This document shows positions 49,217 through 60,238 of a DNA stretch of 64,000 nucleotides, in pieces. Both the position numbers and the translations under genes were made by a program. This DNA is from a virus. Lineage: Duplodnaviria; Caudoviricetes. Location of the stretch: positions 32,001-96,000 of the IMG/VR virus record IMGVR_UViG_3300016725_000002. One strand, 5' to 3'. How positions within the stretch are numbered: the stretch's first letter is position 1; each line of letters starts with the position of its first letter. Below the pieces are notes generated by a model, which had not been told where the DNA came from, did no database searches, and saw nothing but the letters and a program-made list of their open reading frames with translations.

Positions 49217-50782
49217 TTATTTTTTCTTTGCTGGAAAATCTTTATATAATTTATTTAAATATTTTACATCATTTCCTGTAGAGAATCTTTCAACTATAAC
49301 TGAATTTAAATTTCCTTTCTTTTCTAAACAAGTAATAATTCTGTATACTGTAGTATTATACATAGATATGAATCTAAATAATTCTCTTACTTCTTTATTT
49401 TTAGCTTCACCTTCTAATTTGGATAATTTAGAAATTTTATATAAAGTAGGAGTTACTGCATATAAATAACCTGAAAATTTAGCATCCTTTATTACATTCT
49501 TAAAGAAACGACTGATTTCTAATTTATCTGTTAACTTTAATACTTTTTTAAATAAAGGAGTTTTAATAAGTTTAGGATTAAATTCATTTTCATATTCCTG
49601 ACGTTTCGCTTCTCGTCTTTTTATATTCCTAACATATGTAGAAATAATAAATTTATCACATTCAACATTTTCAGGTTGAGCTTCAATTCGCGTAAGTGAA
49701 GCATCCACAATAGGAGCAATACAGGATTCACAATTCTTTAAATTATCAACACTATTCAACAGAAGAGTAGCTGAAGTTTTAAACTTTTTGGGTAATATAA
49801 CATCTTTATCTAATGATAATCGTTTACATTCATATTTAAGTTTAGGGAGTTTAGTACCCATAACATGTAAATCTTTACATGAAACATACTGAGGGTAATA
49901 TTTACTATCTATAATAACTATATCACCATTTAATAACTTTTTAGGTGTTAGTTTATTTTTAACCAAATCAAGAACAGACTTATTTAAGTCTATTGAATCT
50001 AACTTAGAAATATCATCTATAGTATAAAATTTATCAAAACTATAAATATTTAAATTATCTTGGTTAGAAGGCATCTTTGGTTTTAATGTATTTAAAAAAT
50101 CTCTAATTTCAGATACATATTTTTCAGGTACTGTATTTGCTTTACCTCGTATTTGTGAAATAGAATTGTTTTTTATTTCATACTGAACTGTAACATGTGG
50201 AATATTATTTTCATCTCGTAAACTGTATATTTTACACCTTCCATTTTTAACATATGGATAATAACCACCAACGCAGTGACCCATCAGTTCACCTTCACGT
50301 TTAAGTGATTTTTCACCTGTAATATCAACCCAAGTATAAGTACCAAGAGTTAAATAAGTTTTTATTCCATCTTCTTGAATGCTTTTAGCTTTTTTACTAT
50401 TTTTAGCCATAGCTTCATCCCAAGCTTTAACTTTATCAAGAGCTTGAGGAATACTAATTTTAGATATATCTGATTGTTCAGTATTTAAATAATCTATTAC
50501 ATGACTCCAATAATTTTTAAGATCAGTATTTAATATTAATAAATCTAATACTTCACCACGTTTAACTGCTTCTACCATCCATTCAGGACTATCTTTTGAA
50601 GTACGTTTAACTGGTTTAGATTCACCATTATTAATTAAATACTTTCTTAAATTTGAATTTATCCAAGTTTTAACATTAGCATTTAATGCTTGATTAGATA
50701 AATCATCTAAGAATGTTTTTAATTCATCAAGATTAACAATATTTTTTGCAATCATTTCCACTTTTGCTAATACATATCTCAT
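49217..50782 (-). CDS. PcfJ-like domain protein
   Basis: LKREGELMGHCVGGY...IYSLR...PHVTV...QIRGKAN. Confidence 0.75.
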   Translation of the reverse strand: MRYVLAKVEMIAKNIVNLDELKTFLDDLSNQALNANVKTWINSNLRKYLINNGESKPVKRTSKDSPEWMVEAVKRGEVLDLLILNTDLKNYWSHVIDYLNTEQSDISKISIPQALDKVKAWDEAMAKNSKKAKSIQEDGIKTYLTLGTYTWVDITGEKSLKREGELMGHCVGGYYPYVKNGRCKIYSLRDENNIPHVTVQYEIKNNSISQIRGKANTVPEKYVSEIRDFLNTLKPKMPSNQDNLNIYSFDKFYTIDDISKLDSIDLNKSVLDLVKNKLTPKKLLNGDIVIIDSKYYPQYVSCKDLHVMGTKLPKLKYECKRLSLDKDVILPKKFKTSATLLLNSVDNLKNCESCIAPIVDASLTRIEAQPENVECDKFIISTYVRNIKRREAKRQEYENEFNPKLIKTPLFKKVLKLTDKLEISRFFKNVIKDAKFSGYLYAVTPTLYKISKLSKLEGEAKNKEVRELFRFISMYNTTVYRIITCLEKKGNLNSVIVERFSTGNDVKYLNKLYKDFPAKKK

Positions 50783-52470
50783 TATTCCTCTCCTTGATTC
50801 ATTAAGTCAAATACCCGCTTAACTGGTTTAGGTGGTTCTGCACCAGTTTTATCAAAATAATCTTTCATTAAGTCAGAATCAATATAACTCTTAATTGAGT
50901 TAGAGGGATTATGACCTAATTTTTTAGCTACCTCTTCTACAGCAGTATTAAATGTCTTTATTGGGTCTTTTTTACCACGATTGCTTGTTATATCTGTAAA
51001 AATACGGTTTGCATGGAATTTACGGAATCCATGTGCAGTATCAGGAAATCCTAATGAAGTTAAATATTTATTTATATAGGTTGTGCTGACAGGTGTATCA
51101 CCTTTTACGGAGAAAAGGTATTGATTTGCTTTTCGCATATTCTTTAATATTGAAAGAGCTTTAACTATTTTTTCGTTTGTTATCACATGACGTTGATGGA
51201 CATTCTTTTTACCATTATATGAAATAATAGCTTTTCCATCTTTAATTACTACGAATTTAGACAATAAATTATGTATTCCATATACACCATTTGTTTCACT
51301 TTCACCAGTATTACCAATACGTCCAGCAGTGTCGTCAAGAACAGCAGTAACTAAAGCCGCAATTGATTTAGTAGTTAATTCTTTAGAAAGGATTGGTTCA
51401 AAATCTTTAGTATATTGTTTTCTAAGTTTATTTATATCTAATGAATTAGCAAGTTTTGCAGCTTTTTCATATTTAGTTTTTAAACTACGTTTACGATAAT
51501 CCTTTGTATAAAAATGATATTTATTATTATTGATATTAACTTGAGGAAATCCAGTACAATAATAGGTATTATCTTCCTTGGTATAATCAGGATTCATCTT
51601 AATATCAGAACCGGGAATATTTTCTAGTTCTTTACCATATGAAGTATAGTAGTTGAATAAAATTGTTGGTGAAGTGGATAATGCAACTTTGCCTTTAAAT
51701 CCTGAATCAATAGGATTAGGTATTCCTAATTTTTTTAATATGGTTCCTGCTACTTTTACATCTACTAAATCATAACCCTGATTATCAAATTCATTTTCAA
51801 CAACTTGTTTTGCTAATTTCTTATTATCATTTAATGCTTTACGATATTCTTTATAACGTACAGGACTCTTTTTTAATCTTTCAATTTGTTCATCTGATGG
51901 AGTAGTAGTTTTAAATATACGCATTAATACCTTATTATATAATGTTAAATTATTCTTATAATTTTGTGAGGTTTCATCAGAGGTTAAACCTGTAATACTT
52001 TTTAATAAATTACGAATACGAATATCTGGTAAGTATCGTGAGAGAAGTGAAATATTTTTAATCATATTTTCGGATAATTCATCCGCGTTATAAATAGCTA
52101 ACATTTTATTTATTTCTGTAACTGAATCCCTATTAAGTTTTTTAAATTTTTGTTTGTTAGATTGTAAAACTTCATTTAACTCTTGATATATGTCATCATT
52201 TGTTAATAATGCTGGGCCGTATTTAAATAAAGTTTTTAATTTTTTAGTGCGGGTGCATTTGATTTCATCTAGTTGTTCTATAAAATCTGTTAAATAATTA
52301 TTGTAAGTGGTTTTATCTATCTTCTTAAATAATGAATGATTAAATTCCATCTCATGATATAGTTCTAGCATAGGTGGAAGAACTATACTTAAAAATGATA
52401 ATATTTTTAAACCATCTGTATCAAATTTTACCATATCTTGTAATGAAGCATCTAATTCAATTAATTTCAT
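50782..52470 (-). CDS. DNA topoisomerase IB with long N-terminal extension
   Basis: RIGN, YNGKK, HGFRKFHAN, LGHNP...KSYID (R-K-R-H-Y catalytic set). Confidence 0.85.
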   Translation of the reverse strand: MKLIELDASLQDMVKFDTDGLKILSFLSIVLPPMLELYHEMEFNHSLFKKIDKTTYNNYLTDFIEQLDEIKCTRTKKLKTLFKYGPALLTNDDIYQELNEVLQSNKQKFKKLNRDSVTEINKMLAIYNADELSENMIKNISLLSRYLPDIRIRNLLKSITGLTSDETSQNYKNNLTLYNKVLMRIFKTTTPSDEQIERLKKSPVRYKEYRKALNDNKKLAKQVVENEFDNQGYDLVDVKVAGTILKKLGIPNPIDSGFKGKVALSTSPTILFNYYTSYGKELENIPGSDIKMNPDYTKEDNTYYCTGFPQVNINNNKYHFYTKDYRKRSLKTKYEKAAKLANSLDINKLRKQYTKDFEPILSKELTTKSIAALVTAVLDDTAGRIGNTGESETNGVYGIHNLLSKFVVIKDGKAIISYNGKKNVHQRHVITNEKIVKALSILKNMRKANQYLFSVKGDTPVSTTYINKYLTSLGFPDTAHGFRKFHANRIFTDITSNRGKKDPIKTFNTAVEEVAKKLGHNPSNSIKSYIDSDLMKDYFDKTGAEPPKPVKRVFDLMNQGEE

Positions 52471-52471
52471 A

Positions 52472-53338
52472 TTAACCTAGGTAAAAGTTAGTACCATCAC
52501 AAACTAATGTAAGCACCTGCTTATTTGTAGTAATAGCTATAGAAGTTTCGCCTTCTATTTTATATAAATCTGTATCTTCAGTAGTTAATATTAAATCATC
52601 ACCTTCATACATACGTTTAACGTAAAAAATGCCATTATCAACAATAGGAAGTTTTAACGTCATAGCACTTGTTACAATTAAGAAATCTCCAGAATCAATA
52701 TCTGTTAAATCATAAACAGTATTAATTGTTTTTACCGTTGTATAAATCGTACTACCTGTAGGAGATGTTTGCGCCGAATCATTCTCCCCACCCATAAAGT
52801 AAATGTAGGACGCACCAGAATTAGACCCAGTCTGATTAGACATATTAGAACTATTAGCAGGTAAATCGGCACGAGTGGCATAGGTAAATTCATCACTAGA
52901 TTCAAGTGAAAGACCTCTTGAATAACCCCAAACAATTTTTAATTGAATAAGAACTGGAGTAGCACCCGTAGAGGTACTACCGGGTTTATACAAATCACCA
53001 AGTTTACCAATAAAAATTAATCTATTGGTTGCATCAAATAAACCGAACTCTTTTAAATAAGTAGCTGCACATTCATCTGCTGGAATATATGCAGTAAGTA
53101 ATACACTACCTTCATCTGTACCTTCTAAATTCTGTAAACTAACAATTTTTCCACGCCAAACTTCATTAATTAATCGTGTTTGTGTATCATCTAAAGTTAC
53201 AGTTGCAGCACCATTAGCATCCCCAACTGCAAAATATTTTATATCAATGGGTGCATTGCCATCAAGAACCGCATTCTGTTTTAATGCTGCTCCTATAGTA
53301 GTAATAGCAATATTTATACTAGAATCAACTGTTGCCAT
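52472..53338 (-). CDS. Phage tail-collar fibre protein (DUF3751-like)
   Basis: ITTIG...AVGDANG...QTRLINEVWRG...IPA...EFGLFD...YKP. Confidence 0.75.
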   Translation of the reverse strand: MATVDSSINIAITTIGAALKQNAVLDGNAPIDIKYFAVGDANGAATVTLDDTQTRLINEVWRGKIVSLQNLEGTDEGSVLLTAYIPADECAATYLKEFGLFDATNRLIFIGKLGDLYKPGSTSTGATPVLIQLKIVWGYSRGLSLESSDEFTYATRADLPANSSNMSNQTGSNSGASYIYFMGGENDSAQTSPTGSTIYTTVKTINTVYDLTDIDSGDFLIVTSAMTLKLPIVDNGIFYVKRMYEGDDLILTTEDTDLYKIEGETSIAITTNKQVLTLVCDGTNFYLG

Positions 53339-53347
53339 GATATCTCC

Positions 53348-53791
53348 TTAACAAATTTGAGGTTCATTTAATAAATTAGTCTTTAAATAAGCTTCTTGAC
53401 TTTCAACAGTAGCTTCAAATAAGCTAGATATATTTTTATTATCTTGTGTAATAGTTGGAGCTATATTTGAATATGTAATCATATTTTGAATATCCTGAAT
53501 AACTGTGCTTTTTCTCCAAATATATTGTTTAATTTCAGTTAATGCATATATTACGAAGGCATTTAAATCTTTAGTTCCATTTTCATATTCAAAATAATCA
53601 CAAATTGAACCTTGGTCATCACTCAAACGTAAGGTAAATACATATTTATTTTCTATTGGAGTTAAATTTATAATCAAACACCCATTAGACCTAGGGGAGT
53701 ACAAAGGAAGTCTTAAAAAAGATTTTCCTTTGTACTCCACTTGATAAAATGAAGTGTTTTCGTTACGCGCAGTAACGAAAACGTAGTTCAT
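53348..53791 (-). CDS. Hypothetical protein
   Basis: 147 aa, MNYVFVTA leader. Confidence 0.6.
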   Translation of the reverse strand: MNYVFVTARNENTSFYQVEYKGKSFLRLPLYSPRSNGCLIINLTPIENKYVFTLRLSDDQGSICDYFEYENGTKDLNAFVIYALTEIKQYIWRKSTVIQDIQNMITYSNIAPTITQDNKNISSLFEATVESQEAYLKTNLLNEPQIC

Positions 53792-54417
53792 TACGCAATC
53801 TTAGCAAGGTTACGAAGAATACTAGCAACAATAATTGAAGAATCTGAACCAACCGGAATATTTAATTTAGAAAGATAAATCATGTCTACACCATTAGTTG
53901 TAAGTGTAGGAATAACACCACCGGGCCAACGAATATTTGAAGGCCAATTTATTGTAAAATTACCACCATTAACTAACACTAAAACAGCCATTTTATTAGA
54001 TACACCGGCATTAATATTAATAGTCATATTTTCCACGCAAGTGTGATAGAAAATATCACCAGCATTATCATTTAATGTAAAAGCTAAGGTACTATTACTA
54101 TAAGTAGATGCACCAAATTTAGGGGCATCTTTAACTGTTTCACTAACACGGCGCAGAACAATACCTATAATAACATTATAAGGTGTATCTTCAGTTACAG
54201 CTTCAGAAAAAGTAATTGTATTATTAGTAATAGAATATTCATTCTGTGAAATACCACTAAGGCTTACAATTAAGCTTTCACCATCAATAACGCTTTCATC
54301 TGCTAAAACAATAGAATTACTACCTTTAGTCATTATTCCGGAGTAATTTCTAACACTGGATTCAGTAACGAAAGGTTGAGGTGAAACAAGAGTTATGTTC
54401 GCTTTTGTAATAGGCAT
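53791..54417 (-). CDS. Tail-fibre-associated protein
   Basis: TITFSEA domain shared with 44107..45420; INWPSNIRWPGGVIPTLT..GVD. Confidence 0.6.
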   Translation of the reverse strand: MPITKANITLVSPQPFVTESSVRNYSGIMTKGSNSIVLADESVIDGESLIVSLSGISQNEYSITNNTITFSEAVTEDTPYNVIIGIVLRRVSETVKDAPKFGASTYSNSTLAFTLNDNAGDIFYHTCVENMTININAGVSNKMAVLVLVNGGNFTINWPSNIRWPGGVIPTLTTNGVDMIYLSKLNIPVGSDSSIIVASILRNLAKIA

Positions 54418-54526
54418 GTCTGTTCTCCGAAAGAGGGTTAAAGGTTAATGAAAGTAGAAGGAATTAATACCATTCATGCTTTAATATAAACTGTTAATTA
54501 GCTTAATCTAAAGAAATATTGGTGTG

Positions 54527-55135
54527 CTATTTTAATTTTTTCCACATTACTGCTCCTGCTTCATCTATATTTTGAGGTGAGCAATCAACGTCAAAAACAT
54601 AAGATATTAATCTACTATATAATTGTTTAAATTTATCTTCATGTCCATAACTTAACGCTTTAACATCTTTGAAGATTTGTTTATTTTGTTCACTATGTTC
54701 AGCAGTTAATGATAGAAATTTATTATGCTTAATAGCTAAAGTTGTTATGCATAAATGGGTATATTCATGAAGTAACGCAGATAATGTGGATTTATTAGGT
54801 AAAGATAGCATTAAGCCATCTTTAGATGTTTGATAACCTAACATTACTAATAATAAATTATTTATATAAATAGCTTGCGCTCCATCAATATTGCGTTCTT
54901 GTTGAATTTCATTAAACACATCATTAAACCATGCATAACTTTTGGGTATACGCAATAATTTAAAGTTTTTTAGTTCTTTAGCATATTGTTTATTTAAATA
55001 TCGGGTGAAATTGTTAGTTACTATAAATTGGTTAGCAGTACATGGAATAACTCGTTTACTCAATGAAACACAAACATCAACTATTTCTTTATACTTATTT
55101 CTATTAACTGCCAAAGTTATGTATTTCATGCCCAT
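54527..55135 (-). CDS. HEXXH metalloprotease-like (SprT-like) protein
   Basis: LLHEYTHL...GHEDKFKQL. Confidence 0.6.
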   Translation of the reverse strand: MGMKYITLAVNRNKYKEIVDVCVSLSKRVIPCTANQFIVTNNFTRYLNKQYAKELKNFKLLRIPKSYAWFNDVFNEIQQERNIDGAQAIYINNLLLVMLGYQTSKDGLMLSLPNKSTLSALLHEYTHLCITTLAIKHNKFLSLTAEHSEQNKQIFKDVKALSYGHEDKFKQLYSRLISYVFDVDCSPQNIDEAGAVMWKKLK

Positions 55136-56601
55136 CTAACTCCCTTTAATGTACGCTTAATATGTTTCTTTTGATTTAACGTAAGTTTATTCAATTTACG
55201 GTATGTCTTTTTATCAAAGTTAAGCCATCTACTATCTAAATGATATAAACCTGTTAATCTTGCAGCATAAGTAACCGCAATAGCAGCTTGAATTTCATCT
55301 GTAAACCTACCTAGTTCAAATTTGCCTAATTTAGCGATAAAAGTATTTCTGTCCTTATTCAATCCTATATATTTAGAGGTTTTATCCTTTGATATTCTAA
55401 CAAATGGAGGTTTAATATAATTATCATCAATAGGAAGTTTAATGTGTTTATTTTCATAGTCAGGAAAGTTTAAAACTGCATCTTTTCCATGAAAACGTCT
55501 AGCAGCTACATCATAAACTTTAGCTGCAAACTCTTCATTAGAAAATGTTCCAATACTCTTAGTAGAACCATTAATAGTAATGCCAACTCGATAATTATTA
55601 TCTTTAGTAGTACGAACACCAAAATATTTACTAGTAGTGTTACCTTTTTTATTAAAAATAGTTTGTAACATTTGTTTCTTATTTATATCAACTTTACCTT
55701 CAATTATATTAGATAAGCAGCAGTTAAATTTGTTGTTATCATGATGTTCATACTTTCTATAATTTAAATTTAAAATTGCGAATAAGGGTTTTTGTTGGTT
55801 ATTTATGTCAATTCCTAAAATAGAACCATAATAATAGAATTTATATTTACATAATTCAGCATAATAGCGTCTATCACAATAAAAGAATTTACTTTCACAA
55901 TTACCAAAAAGCCGTATTTTTAATACCTTACCTAATTTTTTATTAATTACAAGTTTAATATTATCTTTAAAGTTTTCTAACCTTTTTTCTTTTCGTATTT
56001 GATTTGAATGTATTTTACTCTCAACAGCATCCTCAGCACTTTTTCTTAAATCTTCTTCTGTTGGAAATATTACATATTCGTGTGCAAAATCTACATAACG
56101 TACTTTTAATTTAGTATGCTGCTTAATTTTATTTGGGAAGTTAATTCTAGCAAATTCACCAAAGAAAAACAAAGCGGCTTTATCATAAGTTAAAGCCGCT
56201 GTTATTTCATCATCAAATCTACCTAAACGATAAGTATTATAGTATAAGGTAATTTCAACATTGTATTTAGGTCCACCTTTTGTGTTTTGAACCCAAACAC
56301 CTTTATATGGACTAGAACAATTAGAGCGTTTTTTAGAATTTGCAATATTCTGACTTTGATAAGCTAAACGTAAGTTATCTCGTGTGTTATTTAATATATC
56401 CCTATTTTTATGGTCAACATAGATAGGGGAAAGTTTAGTTAAATTCATTACTTTTCTATGTAAAAATTCATTAGTTGATGCTAAACAAACATAACCTTGG
56501 ATATTTAGTACCAATCGTTCATTTTTATACTTTTTGTATATATCTTCATCAACTAGTGTAACCTTCTTAGACTTGTGTATAGGTAAAGTGTATTGTTTCA
56601 T
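55126..56601 (-). CDS. HNH/AP2-domain homing endonuclease
   Basis: VDHKNRDILNNTRDNLR; AP2 repeats SPYKGV...AALTYDKAA...GEFARINF and SKYFGV...YDVAA...AVLNF. Confidence 0.9.
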   Translation of the reverse strand: MKQYTLPIHKSKKVTLVDEDIYKKYKNERLVLNIQGYVCLASTNEFLHRKVMNLTKLSPIYVDHKNRDILNNTRDNLRLAYQSQNIANSKKRSNCSSPYKGVWVQNTKGGPKYNVEITLYYNTYRLGRFDDEITAALTYDKAALFFFGEFARINFPNKIKQHTKLKVRYVDFAHEYVIFPTEEDLRKSAEDAVESKIHSNQIRKEKRLENFKDNIKLVINKKLGKVLKIRLFGNCESKFFYCDRRYYAELCKYKFYYYGSILGIDINNQQKPLFAILNLNYRKYEHHDNNKFNCCLSNIIEGKVDINKKQMLQTIFNKKGNTTSKYFGVRTTKDNNYRVGITINGSTKSIGTFSNEEFAAKVYDVAARRFHGKDAVLNFPDYENKHIKLPIDDNYIKPPFVRISKDKTSKYIGLNKDRNTFIAKLGKFELGRFTDEIQAAIAVTYAARLTGLYHLDSRWLNFDKKTYRKLNKLTLNQKKHIKRTLKGVRWA

Positions 56602-56680
56602 AATAGACTCCTTTTTGGCTGTAGTGCTATTATGAAACTGGTTTAATGCAGTGAAAAATGCCGTATATTTTTTATGATTT

Positions 56681-57448
56681 TTATTTTAATTTCATATCTA
56701 TGAAATCACCTACGGCACTATAGTCGGCTGGTGCTTCGGAGAGAATTGAAATCTCGCCGAATATAGGATTACAGGCTGAAACATAATGTAATCGTCCATT
56801 AAAAATACCACCATAAGAACGAACATCTTTAAAATCAGAGTGATAGCAAGTACAAGTACGCTGACATTCAGGTCCAAGTACACCACCACAAACGCTACAT
56901 TGAAATACACCATTCAATGCACCCATACTGTATACACCACCAAAACGAAGAACACTATCAACAATAGTACATTTAGTTCTATCAATTAAAGCAAGCAAGA
57001 ATACTTTTACTACTTTATATTTAGGAACAGGAACAACTGACACGTCAACAACAATACCTTGAGCATCACGCAAATTTTTATTATTATGATTCTTACAAAC
57101 TGGTCTACCCATAAAAGTTTTATAACGCTGACAGCCATATTCAGGATCAAATTCAAATAAAGTTTTAGTCATAAAACCCTGCATATTTCTATTCGGTATA
57201 TCACTTGTTAATGCCGGAATACGTACTACAATATAATCCTTTAAATTAGGTGAAATATTATAATGTCCTGCTGCAAATTTAACCCAAGATAAATCAATGG
57301 GAGCATTATAACTTGAATCCATTGCAGAAGCAGTTATTGTAGTACGTTTATGTAATTCTTCAAGAATACTAGTTTTACGATTCTGTTTATATAATTCAAT
57401 GGTGTTAGTGCTGTTATAAGCATCACCTAATATAATTGCTTTTGCCAT
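56681..57448 (-). CDS. Putative prohead protease-like protein
   Basis: PNRN..GF...TF.GRP...NH...GIVVD...YSMG...CSVCG...EISI resembles prohead proteases of some jumbo phages; not certain. Confidence 0.45.
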   Translation of the reverse strand: MAKAIILGDAYNSTNTIELYKQNRKTSILEELHKRTTITASAMDSSYNAPIDLSWVKFAAGHYNISPNLKDYIVVRIPALTSDIPNRNMQGFMTKTLFEFDPEYGCQRYKTFMGRPVCKNHNNKNLRDAQGIVVDVSVVPVPKYKVVKVFLLALIDRTKCTIVDSVLRFGGVYSMGALNGVFQCSVCGGVLGPECQRTCTCYHSDFKDVRSYGGIFNGRLHYVSACNPIFGEISILSEAPADYSAVGDFIDMKLK

Positions 57449-57458
57449 TTTTATTCTC

Positions 57459-58508
57459 CTAAATTAATTGTAAATTCACAGTTCCATTTCCACCATTGCC
57501 ACCAGAAACACTTCCGGTATATACTCCACCTAATCCACCAGTTGTTGTGATTTTACTAGTTGTATTAATGGTTCCTTTATGAAAAAGATGAATTGCACCA
57601 CCACCAGAACCACCGCCGCCTTGTGAGAATGGATATGTACCACCTATAGTTTGGTGACCACAACCACCAGCAGAACCATTCGATTGAATTGAACCGGATG
57701 ATCCAATAATTATATTTCCGCGAACAAAAAGTATCATTAATCCACCAGTTCCATTAGAACCTACTTTTCCGCTTGAATATTTTACAGTACCACCCGGATT
57801 ACCAGCTCCACCACCACCTTGTGCAGCATATCCAGAACCAGTGTCATATGCACCAGCACCACCAGCACCACCAGAATCACTTCCAGCAGTCGCATGTGTA
57901 AATACTGCTGTCGATGCAAAACCTATAGATGGAGAGTCTGATGCTCCACCACCAGCACCAGATCCGCCAGAGAATGATGATCCATGACCACCACGATACA
58001 TATAGTTACCACCACCAGCGGCACATGCTCCATTAATCCCAGTTCCACCATCTGATGTTGAAGTTAATGATGTTTTATTTGTTGTTCCAAGACCACCAGT
58101 TTTATTAATTAAAGTAAAATTTGTGTAATCTTTTCCACTTTCAAGACTATCTAAATAAAAGATTTTTTTATTATATTTATCTATAACTATGTATTTTCCT
58201 TCAGCATTAGCACCCCTCGCTGTCATAGAAAGCGTTCCATTAACAGTTAGATCACCTAAAATATTTAAATATAACCCCTTACAACGTAATGTTGGGGTAA
58301 CGGTATGTCCAGCATTAACGGTAAAATTATTATATGTTCTAACAACAGGATCACCATCTAGTACAGAAGAAAACTGGTCATGTGCTATATCACCTGTTGA
58401 TGAAAAATCACCTAAATTTGAAGTAAAAGAAAAAACAGTGTTATAAATTCCATTATATTCTGGAAAATAAATTCCATCACTAATATTATAATTGAGTAAT
58501 TCTAGCAT
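57459..58508 (-). CDS. Glycine-rich adhesin / tail fibre tip protein (MLELLNYN family)
   Basis: Multiple GGGxGG motifs separated by variable loops, reminiscent of T-even gp38 adhesins. Confidence 0.65.
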   Translation of the reverse strand: MLELLNYNISDGIYFPEYNGIYNTVFSFTSNLGDFSSTGDIAHDQFSSVLDGDPVVRTYNNFTVNAGHTVTPTLRCKGLYLNILGDLTVNGTLSMTARGANAEGKYIVIDKYNKKIFYLDSLESGKDYTNFTLINKTGGLGTTNKTSLTSTSDGGTGINGACAAGGGNYMYRGGHGSSFSGGSGAGGGASDSPSIGFASTAVFTHATAGSDSGGAGGAGAYDTGSGYAAQGGGGAGNPGGTVKYSSGKVGSNGTGGLMILFVRGNIIIGSSGSIQSNGSAGGCGHQTIGGTYPFSQGGGGSGGGAIHLFHKGTINTTSKITTTGGLGGVYTGSVSGGNGGNGTVNLQLI

Positions 58509-58538
58509 ATTTTTCTCCTCCTTAATTCCTTTAATTCA

Positions 58539-59492
58539 TTAAATCTTACTAAGTCTACCATATAAATCATCTCTTGAGTAATTTAAATCTCCTTCTAAAA
58601 GTGCGGAAAAAATACCATTTGATATATTACCAAAATTTAATACTGCTTGTGAACGACCCATAACAGAATATCTATCTGGGTATGTTGTTGAGTTTTTGTC
58701 ATCTGATAATGACTCTGCTATAAAAACATCTCCAAAATCAAAATTATTTATTTTACCACTTTTCATTTTAACTATACCGTTAGTTATTTTTTGTGTTGTT
58801 ACAGTAGCAGAAAATCCAGTGTCTATAAATGTATCTACACCATTATTATTAAATACAAAATATCTCCCACTTTCTGTAGTGTATATCCCATCGCATATTT
58901 GCCATCCAGAGGCAGGGAGGAAAAAATCAATTATATTTTTATAATTCGGATATATACTAGAAATATTCAATGATCGTCCTGTTTTAAATTCTATTAAAAA
59001 TAAAAACCGGATAGCACATAGTTGATAAAATGATATTGACCCAAATCCAGTTAGTCCATTTGTGTTTCGGTTTTTTGCATAAGTTCTAATTTGTTGTCTG
59101 TTTAAATTTCCAGCTAAAACACCCTTCAAACTTGTTAATTTATTATTTTGTAATCCGGCAAGATATTTACCAATCCAAAAACAATCTTGTTCTATACCAT
59201 TTTTCATGAATGCTGGATGACAATGAGAACCTTCAAATTTTTCTTCAGATATATAAATTGATTTATGATCTGTGTTTTTTATATAAAATTTTGGAATACG
59301 AACCATCTGTTGATTATCAATCACATCATCAGACCAATTAAAATTTGGAAGAGATTTAAAATCGAATGATTTTGGTTCATCATTTTCATTTACATTTATC
59401 CAACTTCCACCATTATTTCCAGATAATATTAATTTTACACCAATAATAGGTTTATAGTTTAATTGTATATTGTAATTAAGTAATTCTAGCAT
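58539..59492 (-). CDS. Tail-fibre/receptor-binding-like protein (MLELLNYN family)
   Basis: QMVRIPKFY...HPAF...IGKYLA...FLIEF motif found in phage tail proteins. Confidence 0.55.
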   Translation of the reverse strand: MLELLNYNIQLNYKPIIGVKLILSGNNGGSWINVNENDEPKSFDFKSLPNFNWSDDVIDNQQMVRIPKFYIKNTDHKSIYISEEKFEGSHCHPAFMKNGIEQDCFWIGKYLAGLQNNKLTSLKGVLAGNLNRQQIRTYAKNRNTNGLTGFGSISFYQLCAIRFLFLIEFKTGRSLNISSIYPNYKNIIDFFLPASGWQICDGIYTTESGRYFVFNNNGVDTFIDTGFSATVTTQKITNGIVKMKSGKINNFDFGDVFIAESLSDDKNSTTYPDRYSVMGRSQAVLNFGNISNGIFSALLEGDLNYSRDDLYGRLSKI

Positions 59493-59508
59493 ATTTTTCT
59501 CCTCCTAT

Positions 59509-60195
59509 TTAAAATTTTATTTGTAAATGTTTTATATAAAAATATAAATTATATTGCCAAAAAGAACCAGACCAATTCATTGATATTGGTGGTATACTAA
59601 TATGAATAGTGTTATTTGTCTGTTCAAAGTCCTTTAGATATTGTTTATAATTTAAAAAATTAATATGAAATGTTTTCTCTGTAGTGGTTTTTGTCCAATC
59701 TAAATTAATACGACTGAGAAATAACCATTATCCATCATTACAATTTGAGTTCCCCCAATAGTTATATGTTTTAGTTTGGGAATTTGAAATACTAGTCCAA
59801 AATTTTTGAAATGAAAAAAGAACAATCGAACTTCCTTTGTCGTTTTTCAAATTTATTGAAAATTGACCGATTCGATTTTCTGATAATAAATTTGTGCATG
59901 TTATATCTAATGTTTTTGGAACCCCAATACATTTATAACTACATAAATTATCTAATGTACTAACACCTTCTGGTATAGTATTATAGTCAACAGTTTTATT
60001 TAATACAAATCTGGTTCCATAATTACTATATTCCGAGGATATATAAGAATCATTAGGCCATAGAATATTTTTATTCTCGGTGTTTTTAAAAATAATATTA
60101 TCCTTGATTTCTTGATAAGATAATAAATCATTTGAATTAAATAAAAAGGAGCTTTCAAATGAACTTTTTATATTATAATTAAGCAATTCTAACAT
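59509..60195 (-). pseudogene. MLELLNYN-family gene interrupted by an in-frame TAA at 59728-59730
   Basis: After the TAA the frame stays open for 72 codons (WLFLSRINLDW...KHLQIKF) to TAA at 59509-59511, next to the following RBS. Confidence 0.7.
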
Positions 60196-60238
60196 ATTAT
60201 TCCTCCCTAATAGCTACTTTTTAATAAACTGCTAATAC

